A stretch of 64,000 nt of DNA. Origin: a virus (taxonomy: Duplodnaviria > Caudoviricetes). The notes under the pieces were generated by a model. That model had not been told where the DNA came from and ran no database searches. It was given only the letters and a program-made list of their open reading frames with translations. The stretch is taken from the IMG/VR virus record IMGVR_UViG_3300031760_000010, positions 32,001 to 96,000 of that record. One strand, 5' to 3'. Each line of letters opens with the position of its first letter. Position 1 is the stretch's first letter. A program made the position numbers and the translations under genes. Shown here in pieces: positions 20,625 through 31,085 of the stretch.

Positions 20625-21584
20625 ATGACGTACAACAACATGAAGAAGGCTGAGCTTGTGAACCTGTGCAAAGAGCGGAATCTTCCCAGTAATGGCAAGG
20701 TTGCCACGCTGATTGAGCGCTTGGAGACTGCAGACCGTAAGGCTGCTGAAGCTGCCAACGCCGGGATTGGCGTTGGAGCGAACTCCAAGAAGTCCTATGC
20801 CGTGAACGCGATGCGTCCGGCAATCGTGGCGGCAAATGAGGCGAATAATCGCCGCGCCATCACTAAGGACGACGCCGCAGAAGCGGGCGTAGACGAGGAA
20901 CGCTGGCAGGAATGGAAAAAGTGGTGTGCAGATCTCCACGAGATCGTTTCCACCTACGTGGAGGCAAAACGCTCCAGATCTGCATCTTCTGCATCTACTG
21001 AGATGCGCCAGACGTACCGCCAGAAGATCTACCCGGCATGGAGAACCATGCTGAAGGTAGGGGAGGAAAACATTTTTTCGCCGAAGATGTACCTGCGAGA
21101 GGATGACGTAGAGTCCCTGATCGGATTCTGCGAAGACTTCGTGGGGACTGCAATGGGAACTGAGCAGGCCAACGCAACCGAAGGGAAGTTCCGCAAGTTG
21201 GTGGAGACCCTGATCGGTTGCCGCATTAAGGGATGTGAGACGCTTCCTGCAAAGGATCGCGATCTGATCATCCTGTACGAGAGCGCTCTGCGCTCCAAAG
21301 AGAAGGCTGAGAAGGCACTGAACGGAGACGGAAAGAATATCGTGGGTATCATCCGCGAACTGCAGGCTGCTGAAGTGCAGACTGAGAAATTCGTAACGTC
21401 TCTGCGGGAACTGGGACTGACCGAAGAGCGCATCGCCGAGGTGACGGCGCCGTTCTACGTGAAGGTAAAGGATCTGAAGGAAGCTAAGAAGCGTTCGGAA
21501 AAGGCTCTGAAGAAGGCCGAAGAGACGATCGCCGCGAAGAAAAATGCGGCGCAGGAGATCTACGATCGCATCAAGAGCCGCTAA
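20625..21584 (+). CDS. SAP-domain protein with coiled-coil C-terminus
   Basis: MKKAELVNLCKERNLPSNGKVATLIERL matches SAP consensus; AGGAGG RBS. Confidence 0.7.
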   Translation: MTYNNMKKAELVNLCKERNLPSNGKVATLIERLETADRKAAEAANAGIGVGANSKKSYAVNAMRPAIVAANEANNRRAITKDDAAEAGVDEERWQEWKKWCADLHEIVSTYVEAKRSRSASSASTEMRQTYRQKIYPAWRTMLKVGEENIFSPKMYLREDDVESLIGFCEDFVGTAMGTEQANATEGKFRKLVETLIGCRIKGCETLPAKDRDLIILYESALRSKEKAEKALNGDGKNIVGIIRELQAAEVQTEKFVTSLRELGLTEERIAEVTAPFYVKVKDLKEAKKRSEKALKKAEETIAAKKNAAQEIYDRIKSR

Positions 21585-21593
21585 ATTAAAACC

Positions 21594-21617
21594 GGGGAGG
21601 TGAAATACCTCCCCTTT
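21594..21617 (+). terminator. Rho-independent terminator
   Basis: GGGGAGG-TGAAATA-CCTCCCC-TTT. Confidence 0.6.
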
Positions 21618-21958
21618 ATGGACTCATGTGCAAGCCTCCCCGTGGCGAGTCTGGATTCGAACCGATTGCACAAGAAGGGAACCTTATGGTATAATGCTCT
21701 GAGGTAAAGGAGGGTTATTATGCACACAGTATCTGTTTTCTATGACGGAGAGTGGTTGACGTATGAAAACTGCAGCCCGCTCACCACACTTTGCATGATT
21801 AACGACGCTTTAGCGCAGGGGCTGCGTGTAAAGCGTGACGGCAAAGAGATCGTAGAATCTTCTTACACTTGAAACGACCAATGTGTCCCCAAAAGGGAAG
21901 CGTCCACGTCGCGGGGGATGGGCAACGGGAATTATCCCGGCTGATTTCCTAGAAGGAG

Positions 21959-22387
21959 GTGTGTCATATAGGCGAGAAAGGAAAAATACTATCCCTTTCC
22001 AATGAGGATCTTTTAGAGACGCTCCAGAAGAACAACCCGGAGTTACTCAAAAGTGCTTTATCCAAAATTGAGGAGGGCCTCCGTGAAGAATCGGAGGGGA
22101 CTTGTTTCGTGCCCGCCAAGGCAAAGGAATTTGAAAACCTATGCGTAGAGCTTAGGGAAATCGTTTCCGCCTTGGAGGGCGAAGTCATCGCCATTACTCC
22201 TATTGGGAGAAAATGTTTACGCCATTATATAGACGTATGCATCCCGGATGAGGCAGTAATGGATGCCGAAACGTTCCAGCGTTTTTTGGAATGTCTCAGG
22301 CATTTCAATTATTGCCATTGGAGTATTGAGGATGGCGATGACTTAATTACTCTGGGATTGTCCTTTAGTGGGATTTACCAGAAGTAG
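21959..22387 (+). CDS. Hypothetical protein
   Basis: AGGAGG RBS region, 142-aa ORF, downstream hairpin. Confidence 0.55.
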   Translation: MCHIGEKGKILSLSNEDLLETLQKNNPELLKSALSKIEEGLREESEGTCFVPAKAKEFENLCVELREIVSALEGEVIAITPIGRKCLRHYIDVCIPDEAVMDAETFQRFLECLRHFNYCHWSIEDGDDLITLGLSFSGIYQK

Positions 22388-22491
22388 GGTACGGAAATCA
22401 TTTTATTCCAGACTAGAACACAGGAGCTACGGAAACGAATTCCGACTCCTGTGTTTTAGTATGCAATAAAATGCAAAATAAGGAGGAACCA

Positions 22492-22734
22492 ATGGAAACT
22501 GAAACCAAGAAACTCACCGCAACCCGGCAAAAAGCTATTGCGACCGCAATAGCTTTATGCTATCCTGTTTCTGTGGTCTCCAAATTAACGGAGGCAACAA
22601 CGGAAACGGAAATCAATCGCATTATGACGACAGCCCGCCATGACGCGATCAAGGCAGACGAATTCCGGACACGTTCCCGGATCGTCTGCAACTTCAAGCC
22701 CCATTCTCGTGGGGTTGTGGTATTTGCAAGATAA
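22492..22734 (+). CDS. Hypothetical protein
   Basis: AGGAGG RBS. Confidence 0.6.
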   Translation: METETKKLTATRQKAIATAIALCYPVSVVSKLTEATTETEINRIMTTARHDAIKADEFRTRSRIVCNFKPHSRGVVVFAR

Positions 22735-22772
22735 CGGAAACTAATGCACAAATTAAAATTAGGAGGGAAACT

Positions 22773-23381
22773 ATGTGCTACAATGGAAATTTTAACGTTT
22801 TATTCAACTCTGAGCAGTTCTGGGCAGAGTCCGAAATCTTCTGGGATCACGCAGATGACGGAGACCTTCTGGAGTGGCTTGCGCCGCGCCGAGAGAAGGA
22901 AAACGAGATGGACGCAATGGAAACACCTGCAAAGGTGATGTTCCGTGGTAACCGAAACAGCCAGTACCGCTATCGCGTGATGAAGCGCGAGAAGGCGAAA
23001 TACGGCAAGACAAAAGCAGATCGCCGTCAGGGACGGAAGGATTATCGCGACCTGTGCCGGGAGATGCACGAGTTCCGTGTATACAATGCCGGGGACAAAA
23101 AATCCCGGAAGGCAAAGGAGCAGTTCGCCTCCGCCCTGGGTGACGAATGGGACGTCACCCGGGGACAGGCAAACAACATTGCCGCAACGGAAGTTGTGGC
23201 CGAAGATTTTGTAGAGTCCCGGAAGGCAGAGCTGAAGGCAGTACAGGAAGAGATCCGTAAGGTAAACCTGAAGTGGTCCGATCTGCTGGGCCAGATGATG
23301 GCTCTGGAAGACGAACTCGCTGAACTCGCTCCCGGTTGGAAAGAGTGGGAAAGCTACAAAGCAAAGGAGGAACGGAGATGA
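22773..23381 (+). CDS. Hypothetical protein
   Basis: AGGAGG RBS, coiled-coil end. Confidence 0.65.
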   Translation: MCYNGNFNVLFNSEQFWAESEIFWDHADDGDLLEWLAPRREKENEMDAMETPAKVMFRGNRNSQYRYRVMKREKAKYGKTKADRRQGRKDYRDLCREMHEFRVYNAGDKKSRKAKEQFASALGDEWDVTRGQANNIAATEVVAEDFVESRKAELKAVQEEIRKVNLKWSDLLGQMMALEDELAELAPGWKEWESYKAKEERR

Positions 23382-23797
23382 AAAAACTCATCATCAGACT
23401 GGCTCTGATCGCCAGCCTTGCGTCTGCAACGGAAGCTACCGGGATCAGTCCCTATAGCTTCTACAAGAAGCTGGTCAAGAAACAGAAAATCGGTGTGGTA
23501 AGGGAATACTATACCGATAAATTGACAGGAGATATTCTTCGTAATCGCGGTGATGACATCATCGTGGAACGGATCATCGGCAAGGTAATTGACAACAAGG
23601 GCAATGGAAAAGTCCTTGGTGTTGAGGATTATGACTATATTTCCTACAACGGAGTCAATGGAATCTGCAAAGGAGATATAGTCATGACGGTGTGTATCTA
23701 CGCACCGAACAGTGACGGCGAAGATGATATAATTGAGCGGTTTGATTATATCATCGACCGAAAGGGAAAGAAGGTGAAAAACGCGAAGAATAAGTAA
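23378..23797 (+). CDS. Secreted/membrane-anchored hypothetical protein
   Basis: MKKLIIRLALIASLASA signal-like N-terminus. Confidence 0.6.
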   Translation: MKKLIIRLALIASLASATEATGISPYSFYKKLVKKQKIGVVREYYTDKLTGDILRNRGDDIIVERIIGKVIDNKGNGKVLGVEDYDYISYNGVNGICKGDIVMTVCIYAPNSDGEDDIIERFDYIIDRKGKKVKNAKNK

Positions 23798-23932
23798 TAC
23801 ATAAATTAAAACAAATCCTGCTCAGTACTGGTGTACCGCTAGTGAAACGAATGACGGAATAGCTTGCGTCTGGGTTCAATTCTCAGATGAGTGGTTCTGC
23901 GGATTTATCGCAAAGCAAAGGAGGAATTATCC

Positions 23933-24142
23933 ATGAGCAGCAAGGAAAAGGAACTGAAAGAACTGGAGTGCTTCGAACAGTACTTCGACCCAAATCGCCA
24001 ACCTTTGGTTGACGAGTATTTCTGCAAGGTAACCCGAAGGGAGACGATCCTGCGGAAGATCAAGAACGCGATTCTTGATTTCATCTGCAATCCGTTTGTG
24101 CTGATGATGGCCGCTTTTGTGGGATGCATCATCTACGGCTAA
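23933..24142 (+). CDS. Small protein with C-terminal transmembrane segment
   Basis: AGGAGG RBS; hydrophobic tail. Confidence 0.55.
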   Translation: MSSKEKELKELECFEQYFDPNRQPLVDEYFCKVTRRETILRKIKNAILDFICNPFVLMMAAFVGCIIYG

Positions 24143-24210
24143 TTACAACTTAATATTGGTAATATACAAAATAATAAACACATAGCCAACAAGGCAAAGG
24201 AGGAACAATT

Positions 24211-26175
24211 ATGTTCAACGTAGGCGACATTGTAACCGGTATTGATTCTAAGCAGTATTGCATTACGAACGATGCAGCGATCTGCAGAGTTATGGCGGTA
24301 GGGATCGCTGGAAATCCAGACAAAATCAAGGTAAAAGTTCTGGAACGAACCGATGGAGAGTATGAGGAGAGTGTCGGGGACATTTATCCGGTAGACGCCC
24401 GGCACTTCAAGTTGGTTGAGGGGTATCAGGTAGTAAGCGAGATCCCGGAACCTGAATATGATCTGACGCCAGTGTCGGATGAGATCATTGACCGAATCGC
24501 AAGTGAAATGGCAGTATTTTTTGATAAGTACGGTCATAGGCACTCCATGGAGGGTATCAGGGAAATCCTTCGGGTGTATCTGGAAAACAACATGCCGCTG
24601 ATCGGCATCCTGCGTCAGCATCCGAATTGGGATGAAGAAAAGCTGGCAATCGTGTTCTCCAAGGGATACGTCCGCAGCGTCCAGTATCAGCAGGTAGTGG
24701 AGTTTACTGACTGGTTTCTTGCGAAGAAAGTGGAGCAGATCAACGCAAACGAAGTCAAATACTGCGGTAAGTCTTACCGTTGGTGGATGAGCCAGTATCG
24801 CCAGTTAGACCGAGCTGTAGATTTCATAAGCAATCTTGAGAGTGGCTTTTCTGCTTCTATTTCGTTCAACGGAATGGAAATCGATCCCAGACAAGAAAAA
24901 AGATTTGCCAGAAAAGCAATCGAAAGTCTGGATAATTTCCCGACTGTTACGGGAAAATATGTAAACTATACTTACTTTGCGGATTACGACAAGGTAAAAT
25001 CTTTCCGCCAGGTACTTCTGAATTATTTCGGTCAGGAAGATCCGAGTACCATTTCTCCGGTAGCCACAAAGGAACTGACGGATAAAATTAACGAGATTTA
25101 TCCCGGTATGGCTGTAGAGGGACAGAAGATCTCCCGGATCGTAGGGAAAATCGGCAAGCTCCTTGGGTTCGATCAGATTAAGGAAAAGTGGAACGGTCGT
25201 GACTACGGTTGGAACAGACAGTTCGCCATGTTCGCAGATGCTATTAATCCACTGGAATATACAAAGTATACTCTCATTTCCTTAAATCCTATGGATTTCC
25301 TGACCGCCAGTTTTGGTCACGGTTGGGCGTCCTGCCAGACTCCTGATTACCAGAACTTAAGAAATTGTTCACATACTTACGAAGGCATGTACATGAGCGG
25401 TACTCTTAGCTACATGCTGGATGGGGTATCCATGGTATATTACACGGTAGATGCCGATTACAAGGGAGATGAGTTCTGGAAACAGGATAAATCACAGCGG
25501 TGCATGTTCCACTACGGAAACAACGTACTGGTTCAGGGCCGGGTTTATCCTGATGGCAGAGATGGTGGAGACGGAAGTCTTGCTTCTCAGTTCAGGGCGG
25601 TCATGCAGGAAGTAATTACTACCTGTACAGGGAAACCGAATCTGTGGACTCTAAAGAAGGGAAGTGGTTCTATCAGAGAATTTACAGAATCTCATGGTAC
25701 CCATTACAGAGATTACCAGCAGTATAATGATTGCACGATCTCTCTGCTCAAGGGATGTGAGCACAAGATAATCCATATTGGTCACAATCCGATCTGCCCG
25801 GAGTGTGGAAGGGAACACGAAATCTGTGGTCAGTTAACCTGTGATCGCTGTGGTCGTACAAAATACTGTAACCATTGCGGATGCGAGGTTGATCCTGATT
25901 TTGCAATCGAAATTGACGGCAACGTATTCTGCGACTCTGAATGTGCTGAAGCGTCTGGTTATGTGAATACTACCGATGACGGATGGCATGAAAGGGAAAG
26001 TTGCTTGTATGATGACCTGGAAGATGAATGGTACTGGGATTACGAAAGCAGTTACGTGGTAACGGAAGATGGTCATAGTTATATTGACGAAGACAACGCA
26101 AGGGAGGCTGGTTATGCCCAGAACGCAGATGGCGAATGGGTTGATGCTGCCAGTCTGAGCGAGGAGGCGGAATAA
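24211..26175 (+). CDS. Large conserved phage protein with C-terminal Zn fingers
   Basis: ISLNPMDFLTAS..GWASCQ, QGRVYP, CPECG; coupled to peptidase gene. Confidence 0.7.
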   Translation: MFNVGDIVTGIDSKQYCITNDAAICRVMAVGIAGNPDKIKVKVLERTDGEYEESVGDIYPVDARHFKLVEGYQVVSEIPEPEYDLTPVSDEIIDRIASEMAVFFDKYGHRHSMEGIREILRVYLENNMPLIGILRQHPNWDEEKLAIVFSKGYVRSVQYQQVVEFTDWFLAKKVEQINANEVKYCGKSYRWWMSQYRQLDRAVDFISNLESGFSASISFNGMEIDPRQEKRFARKAIESLDNFPTVTGKYVNYTYFADYDKVKSFRQVLLNYFGQEDPSTISPVATKELTDKINEIYPGMAVEGQKISRIVGKIGKLLGFDQIKEKWNGRDYGWNRQFAMFADAINPLEYTKYTLISLNPMDFLTASFGHGWASCQTPDYQNLRNCSHTYEGMYMSGTLSYMLDGVSMVYYTVDADYKGDEFWKQDKSQRCMFHYGNNVLVQGRVYPDGRDGGDGSLASQFRAVMQEVITTCTGKPNLWTLKKGSGSIREFTESHGTHYRDYQQYNDCTISLLKGCEHKIIHIGHNPICPECGREHEICGQLTCDRCGRTKYCNHCGCEVDPDFAIEIDGNVFCDSECAEASGYVNTTDDGWHERESCLYDDLEDEWYWDYESSYVVTEDGHSYIDEDNAREAGYAQNADGEWVDAASLSEEAE

Positions 26176-27182
26176 TGAAAAACAAATCTACATTCCCGGA
26201 ATTCATTGAGATCTGCAAGAAAACGGAAAAGGAATTGAAAGTATTCCTTGAAGGCGAACTGAAAAAGTATTATACGGAAGTCATCAACGCAAATGGCTTC
26301 CTGTATGCCAAAGCAAACAATTGTCCGGTGCTTCTCACAGCTCATATGGATACAGTTCACAAGGAAACGATCAAAGATTATTACGAGGACATTTCCTGTG
26401 GTCAGCATATGATTTCCTCACCTCAGGGAATTGGTGGTGATGATCGGTGTGGAATCTATATGATTCTGCGAATCCTTAAGGAAACGGATATGAGGCCGGC
26501 AGTACTGTTCTGCGAGCAGGAAGAGATCGGCGGTGTTGGTTCGAATAAGTTTTGTACGACCGAGCATCTGGAAGATATTAAGAAACTGAAGTTCTGTATT
26601 GGACTGGATCGTACCAATGCAAAAGACTTGGTATTCTATGATGATGACAATGAAGAGTTTCAGGATTTCTGCGAGAAGGTAACTGGATATAAAACTGCTT
26701 GGGGATCATTCAGTGATATCAGTCATATCTGCCCGGATGCAGGAGTATCTGGTGTGAATATCTCATGTGGATATTACAGAGCACATACAGTTCAGGAATA
26801 TGTCATCATGGAGGAGATGATTGAAAGCATCAGTAAGGTAAAGGAGTTAATGCAGGAGGCAAACAAAGAGGAAACTGAACAGTTCGAATTTGTCCAGACG
26901 CCGTACAAGGGATACCTTTGGGAACGCTATGATGCGTATGATGATTATTACAATCATAACTACAGTTATTATGGCAGATATTACGGGAACTATAACAAAT
27001 CCAAAGCACCTGTGAAAATGAATCCGGGATATGAACTGTATATCCAGTTTGTAGAGGAGGGAGTACACAAAGAAGATTGTATTGACGGAGTAAGTGAAAG
27101 CGACTGCTGGCTGACGTTTTTTCTGGATCATGCGTCTGTATGCTTTAATGATGTGTTAGATTGGGAGGGATACGACATCTAA
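26175..27182 (+). CDS. M20/M28-type zinc metallopeptidase
   Basis: AHMDTV, GGDDRCG, EQEEIG, LDR, GYYRAHT metal-ligand motifs. Confidence 0.8.
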   Translation: MKNKSTFPEFIEICKKTEKELKVFLEGELKKYYTEVINANGFLYAKANNCPVLLTAHMDTVHKETIKDYYEDISCGQHMISSPQGIGGDDRCGIYMILRILKETDMRPAVLFCEQEEIGGVGSNKFCTTEHLEDIKKLKFCIGLDRTNAKDLVFYDDDNEEFQDFCEKVTGYKTAWGSFSDISHICPDAGVSGVNISCGYYRAHTVQEYVIMEEMIESISKVKELMQEANKEETEQFEFVQTPYKGYLWERYDAYDDYYNHNYSYYGRYYGNYNKSKAPVKMNPGYELYIQFVEEGVHKEDCIDGVSESDCWLTFFLDHASVCFNDVLDWEGYDI

Positions 27183-27290
27183 TATAGATACATAATACAA
27201 CCGAAATTAAAAATAGAAGTTTACAACAGAAAGCAAAAATAGGATTTGGAGAATTGTTTTAGAATTCATATATAAGAAAGGAGTAACATT

Positions 27291-27863
27291 ATGGCAACAA
27301 TGGAAACGACGACAGAGCATATCCGAGACAACATCTATAAAACTCTTATGTCTCCTATCTGGCAGATGGATAAAGTAGATAAATGCCCGCATAGAAAATG
27401 GAATGATTTGGTTATCTGCTATAGATATAAGATTGATGATGAACATTGTGCATTAATTACAAAGGAGATTGCGGACCAGCTTGAGATGACAGAAGAAGAT
27501 CTGTATCAGGGAAGCAAAACAGACCATGTCATGATACAGGGAATGTTTGATGTACTTACTGCTTATGGTTGTGAATACACTGGAGGTGCAAGTGAAAACT
27601 TTTTAGTGGTTAACCCTAATACTTTGCATGGTGCATCTAGTATTTTGAATGAAAAAGAATTTAAGGAAAAAGTCAAGGCAGATTGTTATCTGATTCCTTC
27701 TTCTATTCATGAATGGCTGTTATTAAATCCGGCTGTTATTGATACGGATTCTGTCAAAGAAATGGTTAAAAGTGTTAATAATTCTGAAGTCGATCCAAAA
27801 GACAGACTGAGTTATAACGTATATTGGTACGATGCTGTTAACGGTATGATTACGATTCTGTAA
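27291..27863 (+). CDS. DUF5688-like protein
   Basis: GASSIL, YLIPSSIHE, MVKSVN..V.PKDRLS.NVYWYD. Confidence 0.7.
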   Translation: MATMETTTEHIRDNIYKTLMSPIWQMDKVDKCPHRKWNDLVICYRYKIDDEHCALITKEIADQLEMTEEDLYQGSKTDHVMIQGMFDVLTAYGCEYTGGASENFLVVNPNTLHGASSILNEKEFKEKVKADCYLIPSSIHEWLLLNPAVIDTDSVKEMVKSVNNSEVDPKDRLSYNVYWYDAVNGMITIL

Positions 27864-27924
27864 GTAATAAAGCAAATAAATAATATCACACACATACATA
27901 TTTAATTATCAAGGAGGTCATATA

Positions 27925-28878
27925 ATGAAGTTTAGTTTTGGTAAGAATGAGAAGGCTCTGAAGATTGTTGCTCCCGTTGCTGAGAAGTCCGCAGAAGAGA
28001 AAGTCCTGGATCGTCTGTTTGATCTTACGGAAAGTAATAAGCAGGTGATTGGTGGTAAGGTATACGCCAATATCCCGGTGGAACTGCTAAAGCTGGATGA
28101 GCTTTATCAGAGAACCAATACTTACAATCTGGATACGGTAAGACGCCTGACGCTGCAGTTTGATCTGAAGCAGATGGATACGCTGATGGTATCTGTCCAC
28201 GAAGAAGAGAAGCGGTATTACATCATGAATGGTATGCACCGTTTCTTGGCGGCAACTGCGAAGGGAATTGATGCACTGCCTTGTGAGATTCAGTTCATTG
28301 ATGGTGATGCAGAGACTCGGAGAAAGGCAGAAGCAAAGTATTTCATCTCTCAGCAGATTCTGGTGGACAAGATGAGTCCGCTTGATCAGCACAAAGCACA
28401 TGTTGTTCTGGGAGATCAGGAGTATGTTGATCTGGATGACATTGTGAATAACACAGACGGTATTCAGTTCAAGAAGAATCGCCACAAGGGAAGACAGCCG
28501 AAGGGAACTCTGACCGGGTATGCTCAGGCAGTTGCCATTACGAGTAAATACGGAAAGGAGCATATGCAGAATGTATTTGACATTTTGATTGGTGCTCATT
28601 GGAATGAAGTCGGTACTGGTCTAAGCTATTATGCACTGCGCATGGTTTCTGATGTACTTGCGGCTCATAATACTGCGGAAGTGAAAGCAGAGATCACCAG
28701 AGTACTTCGCAAGTGGGATCCGAAGCTGTTCCAGGCAGTTGCTTGGAGTCATTACACTACGAGAACCCAGGGCAACGCAAATGCACTGTTCCTTGAAGAC
28801 TACGTTTGCACGAATCTGAATATTCCTCGTCTGATCGATAAGGAAGTAACGGAAAGATTCAATCCGAACGTTGCATAA
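27925..28878 (+). CDS. ParB/Srx-like N-terminal domain protein
   Basis: YQR...YYIMNGMHRFLAA. Confidence 0.7.
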   Translation: MKFSFGKNEKALKIVAPVAEKSAEEKVLDRLFDLTESNKQVIGGKVYANIPVELLKLDELYQRTNTYNLDTVRRLTLQFDLKQMDTLMVSVHEEEKRYYIMNGMHRFLAATAKGIDALPCEIQFIDGDAETRRKAEAKYFISQQILVDKMSPLDQHKAHVVLGDQEYVDLDDIVNNTDGIQFKKNRHKGRQPKGTLTGYAQAVAITSKYGKEHMQNVFDILIGAHWNEVGTGLSYYALRMVSDVLAAHNTAEVKAEITRVLRKWDPKLFQAVAWSHYTTRTQGNANALFLEDYVCTNLNIPRLIDKEVTERFNPNVA

Positions 28879-29018
28879 TAGGTAAATTAAATAAAACGGG
28901 GAGTCTGTATCACACGGGTACAGGCTCCCCGCCAATGAGTGGTGTAGTTAAATATTCATGACAATGAATGTTTAGTTATGTTACTCATTCACCAAGCATA
29001 TTAATGGAGGGAAACAAA

Positions 29019-29261
29019 ATGGAATCGAACAACAAGGAAACGGTAGAAATGATGATCACTTATTTTTTGAATGAAATTGAATTTCAGAAAGAGCTGATTC
29101 GTCATGCGAAACACGATATTGATGACGCAACGGAAGATGGTGATAATTCGAAACTTAGAATTCATACCAAGATGCTGCGGAGAAGAGAAGCGAAGATGAA
29201 TGATCTTCACCGGATGTTGGACTTTGTACAGAGGCTGCATTACGAAATGGAGGTACAGTAA
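29019..29261 (+). CDS. Hypothetical coiled-coil protein
   Basis: GGAGG RBS. Confidence 0.55.
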   Translation: MESNNKETVEMMITYFLNEIEFQKELIRHAKHDIDDATEDGDNSKLRIHTKMLRRREAKMNDLHRMLDFVQRLHYEMEVQ

Positions 29262-29728
29262 TGAGAGCAATTCAGTATGATACCAGATTGAGCCGGGATC
29301 GGTTGCCGATGCTTGTAAAAGAAAGCAGCTTCAATTACAGCGGTAATGTTTACTTGACTTCTCCTGTTGCGATCTATCAGTTTCTGCGTCAGGCAGATGA
29401 TGTTGAGACGTTGGACAAAGAAAAAGTGTATTTGTTTTGCTTTAATAACAAAAGCAAACTGATTGGTTGGTTCATTGTATCTGAAGGAACGATCAATCTT
29501 TCGTTAATGTCCTCAAGGGAAGTGTTTATCAAAGCGCTTGCCGTCGGAGCGGTAAATATTATTCTGGTTCACAATCATCCGAGCGGTGATCCCTCACCCA
29601 GTACAAACGATGACAAAGTAACAGAAAATGTTAAGCAAGGTGGTAGTATTCTGGGAGTACCGTTATTGGATCATGTTATTATCGGTGACAGAACTTATTA
29701 TTCCTATATGGAGAATGGGAGGTTGTAA
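29261..29728 (+). CDS. RadC-like JAB domain protein
   Basis: E...HNHPSGDPSPSTND...LLDHVII. Confidence 0.9.
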   Translation: MRAIQYDTRLSRDRLPMLVKESSFNYSGNVYLTSPVAIYQFLRQADDVETLDKEKVYLFCFNNKSKLIGWFIVSEGTINLSLMSSREVFIKALAVGAVNIILVHNHPSGDPSPSTNDDKVTENVKQGGSILGVPLLDHVIIGDRTYYSYMENGRL

Positions 29729-29729
29729 T

Positions 29730-30026
29730 ATGAATAACAATACGGAAATTATTTCCGGGTTTACATTCTGTATTCGGGGCAGAGATTACTTTGTTCCGTC
29801 TCAGTTAGTGAAACGGACAAAAACGTTCTCAAAGAAGATTCTGACCAAGTTAAGTTACCCGCTGACAGAAGCGAATGTGAATTGGATGTTCGATCACATT
29901 CAGAAATGTGATAAGGAACAGACTTCATATGGGCTGAGGATTTGCGGTGACCGCTACGGAAATAAATTCACGCTCTGCATTCCGTATGGAGAAAGAGAAG
30001 ATTATATAGAAATGGAGGTAAGCTGA
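29730..30026 (+). CDS. Hypothetical protein
   Basis: GGAGG RBS before ATG 29730. Confidence 0.55.
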   Translation: MNNNTEIISGFTFCIRGRDYFVPSQLVKRTKTFSKKILTKLSYPLTEANVNWMFDHIQKCDKEQTSYGLRICGDRYGNKFTLCIPYGEREDYIEMEVS

Positions 30027-30205
30027 TGCGGTATCCAAAGGAAGTGTTCCATGTCCGTGAGGATGTAACCAGGGAAAATATGAGAGCTTACGAAGCAAAA
30101 CGAGATCGGTTCTACAAAAAGTGTGAGGAACTGTTCCCGGATTTCTGGTCACTGCCGTTTAGAGAAAGAATGGAAATTAAAAAACTGGTAGAGGAGGAAA
30201 TGTAA
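30026..30205 (+). CDS. Small hypothetical protein (59 aa)
   Basis: TGATG overlap, GGAGG RBS; MRYPKEVFHVRED. Confidence 0.5.
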   Translation: MRYPKEVFHVREDVTRENMRAYEAKRDRFYKKCEELFPDFWSLPFRERMEIKKLVEEEM

Positions 30206-30612
30206 TGAATCAGATTGTTGTGGAAGAAGATATGTTCGCAAGGGAATTCACGAAAGAAGAAAGATGGGATCGTGCGGCTAAGTTGGGTCGTCACAATCTT
30301 GAGCAGTGGAGAAAATTACATGAACGGTACAATACGTTAGGTAAAGAAAGGGAGAATGCGTAAAGCAAAATAACAGTCAGTGATAATAATTAATAGTATA
30401 TATAATATACATAATGAAATAGAAAAAATTCTACATATGTATTTATATAATATTATTGGGTTTTTGGAGTCAAAAATTAACTTTGTAAAGTAAAAGAGGT
30501 GTTTGACTTAATAAAATTAAGTGATAATAAGCGACATTAGGTAAAATTACCCAGTATTAAGTTCGCCTTGAAACATGTTGGAAACGATGTTGACATTGAA
30601 ACAGAAAGGGAT

Positions 30613-30900
30613 ATGAATATGTATTATGTAATTATGTCACACAATTTTGATGCAGAGACTTGCATCTGGGAATTCGATGAATATCAGGTAGCGGTTGCAT
30701 TCCTGCATTGGGAATGGGAAAGATATTACAATGAAGAGATCGCTTGCGAAAGCAGACTGAATGAAAATGAATGCTTCCATGACTGGGATTATGCCAAGGT
30801 AGAATGGTCTGATGGTGATTATACGGAATTCACTTTGGTTGAAGGTTTGGATGACGTTCCATCTGAATTTGAAGAAGAATGGGAACGGTATGCACCGTAA
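30613..30900 (+). CDS. Highly acidic hypothetical protein
   Basis: Glu/Asp/aromatic-rich ~95 aa. Confidence 0.6.
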   Translation: MNMYYVIMSHNFDAETCIWEFDEYQVAVAFLHWEWERYYNEEIACESRLNENECFHDWDYAKVEWSDGDYTEFTLVEGLDDVPSEFEEEWERYAP

Positions 30901-31085
30901 AGCAAAGGAGGTATACACATGCGGTATTATTACAGATTCATTATTGTAGACGGTTCCGGGGCTGAGGTAAGCAGAGATTACGTCACAAGAAAAGACGCTG
31001 AGTTCGATCTGCCTGAGTACAAGAAACTGTGTGGTGGTTGTCGCATTAAGAGAAGACGGTATTACTATCAGTAAAGGAGAATAAC

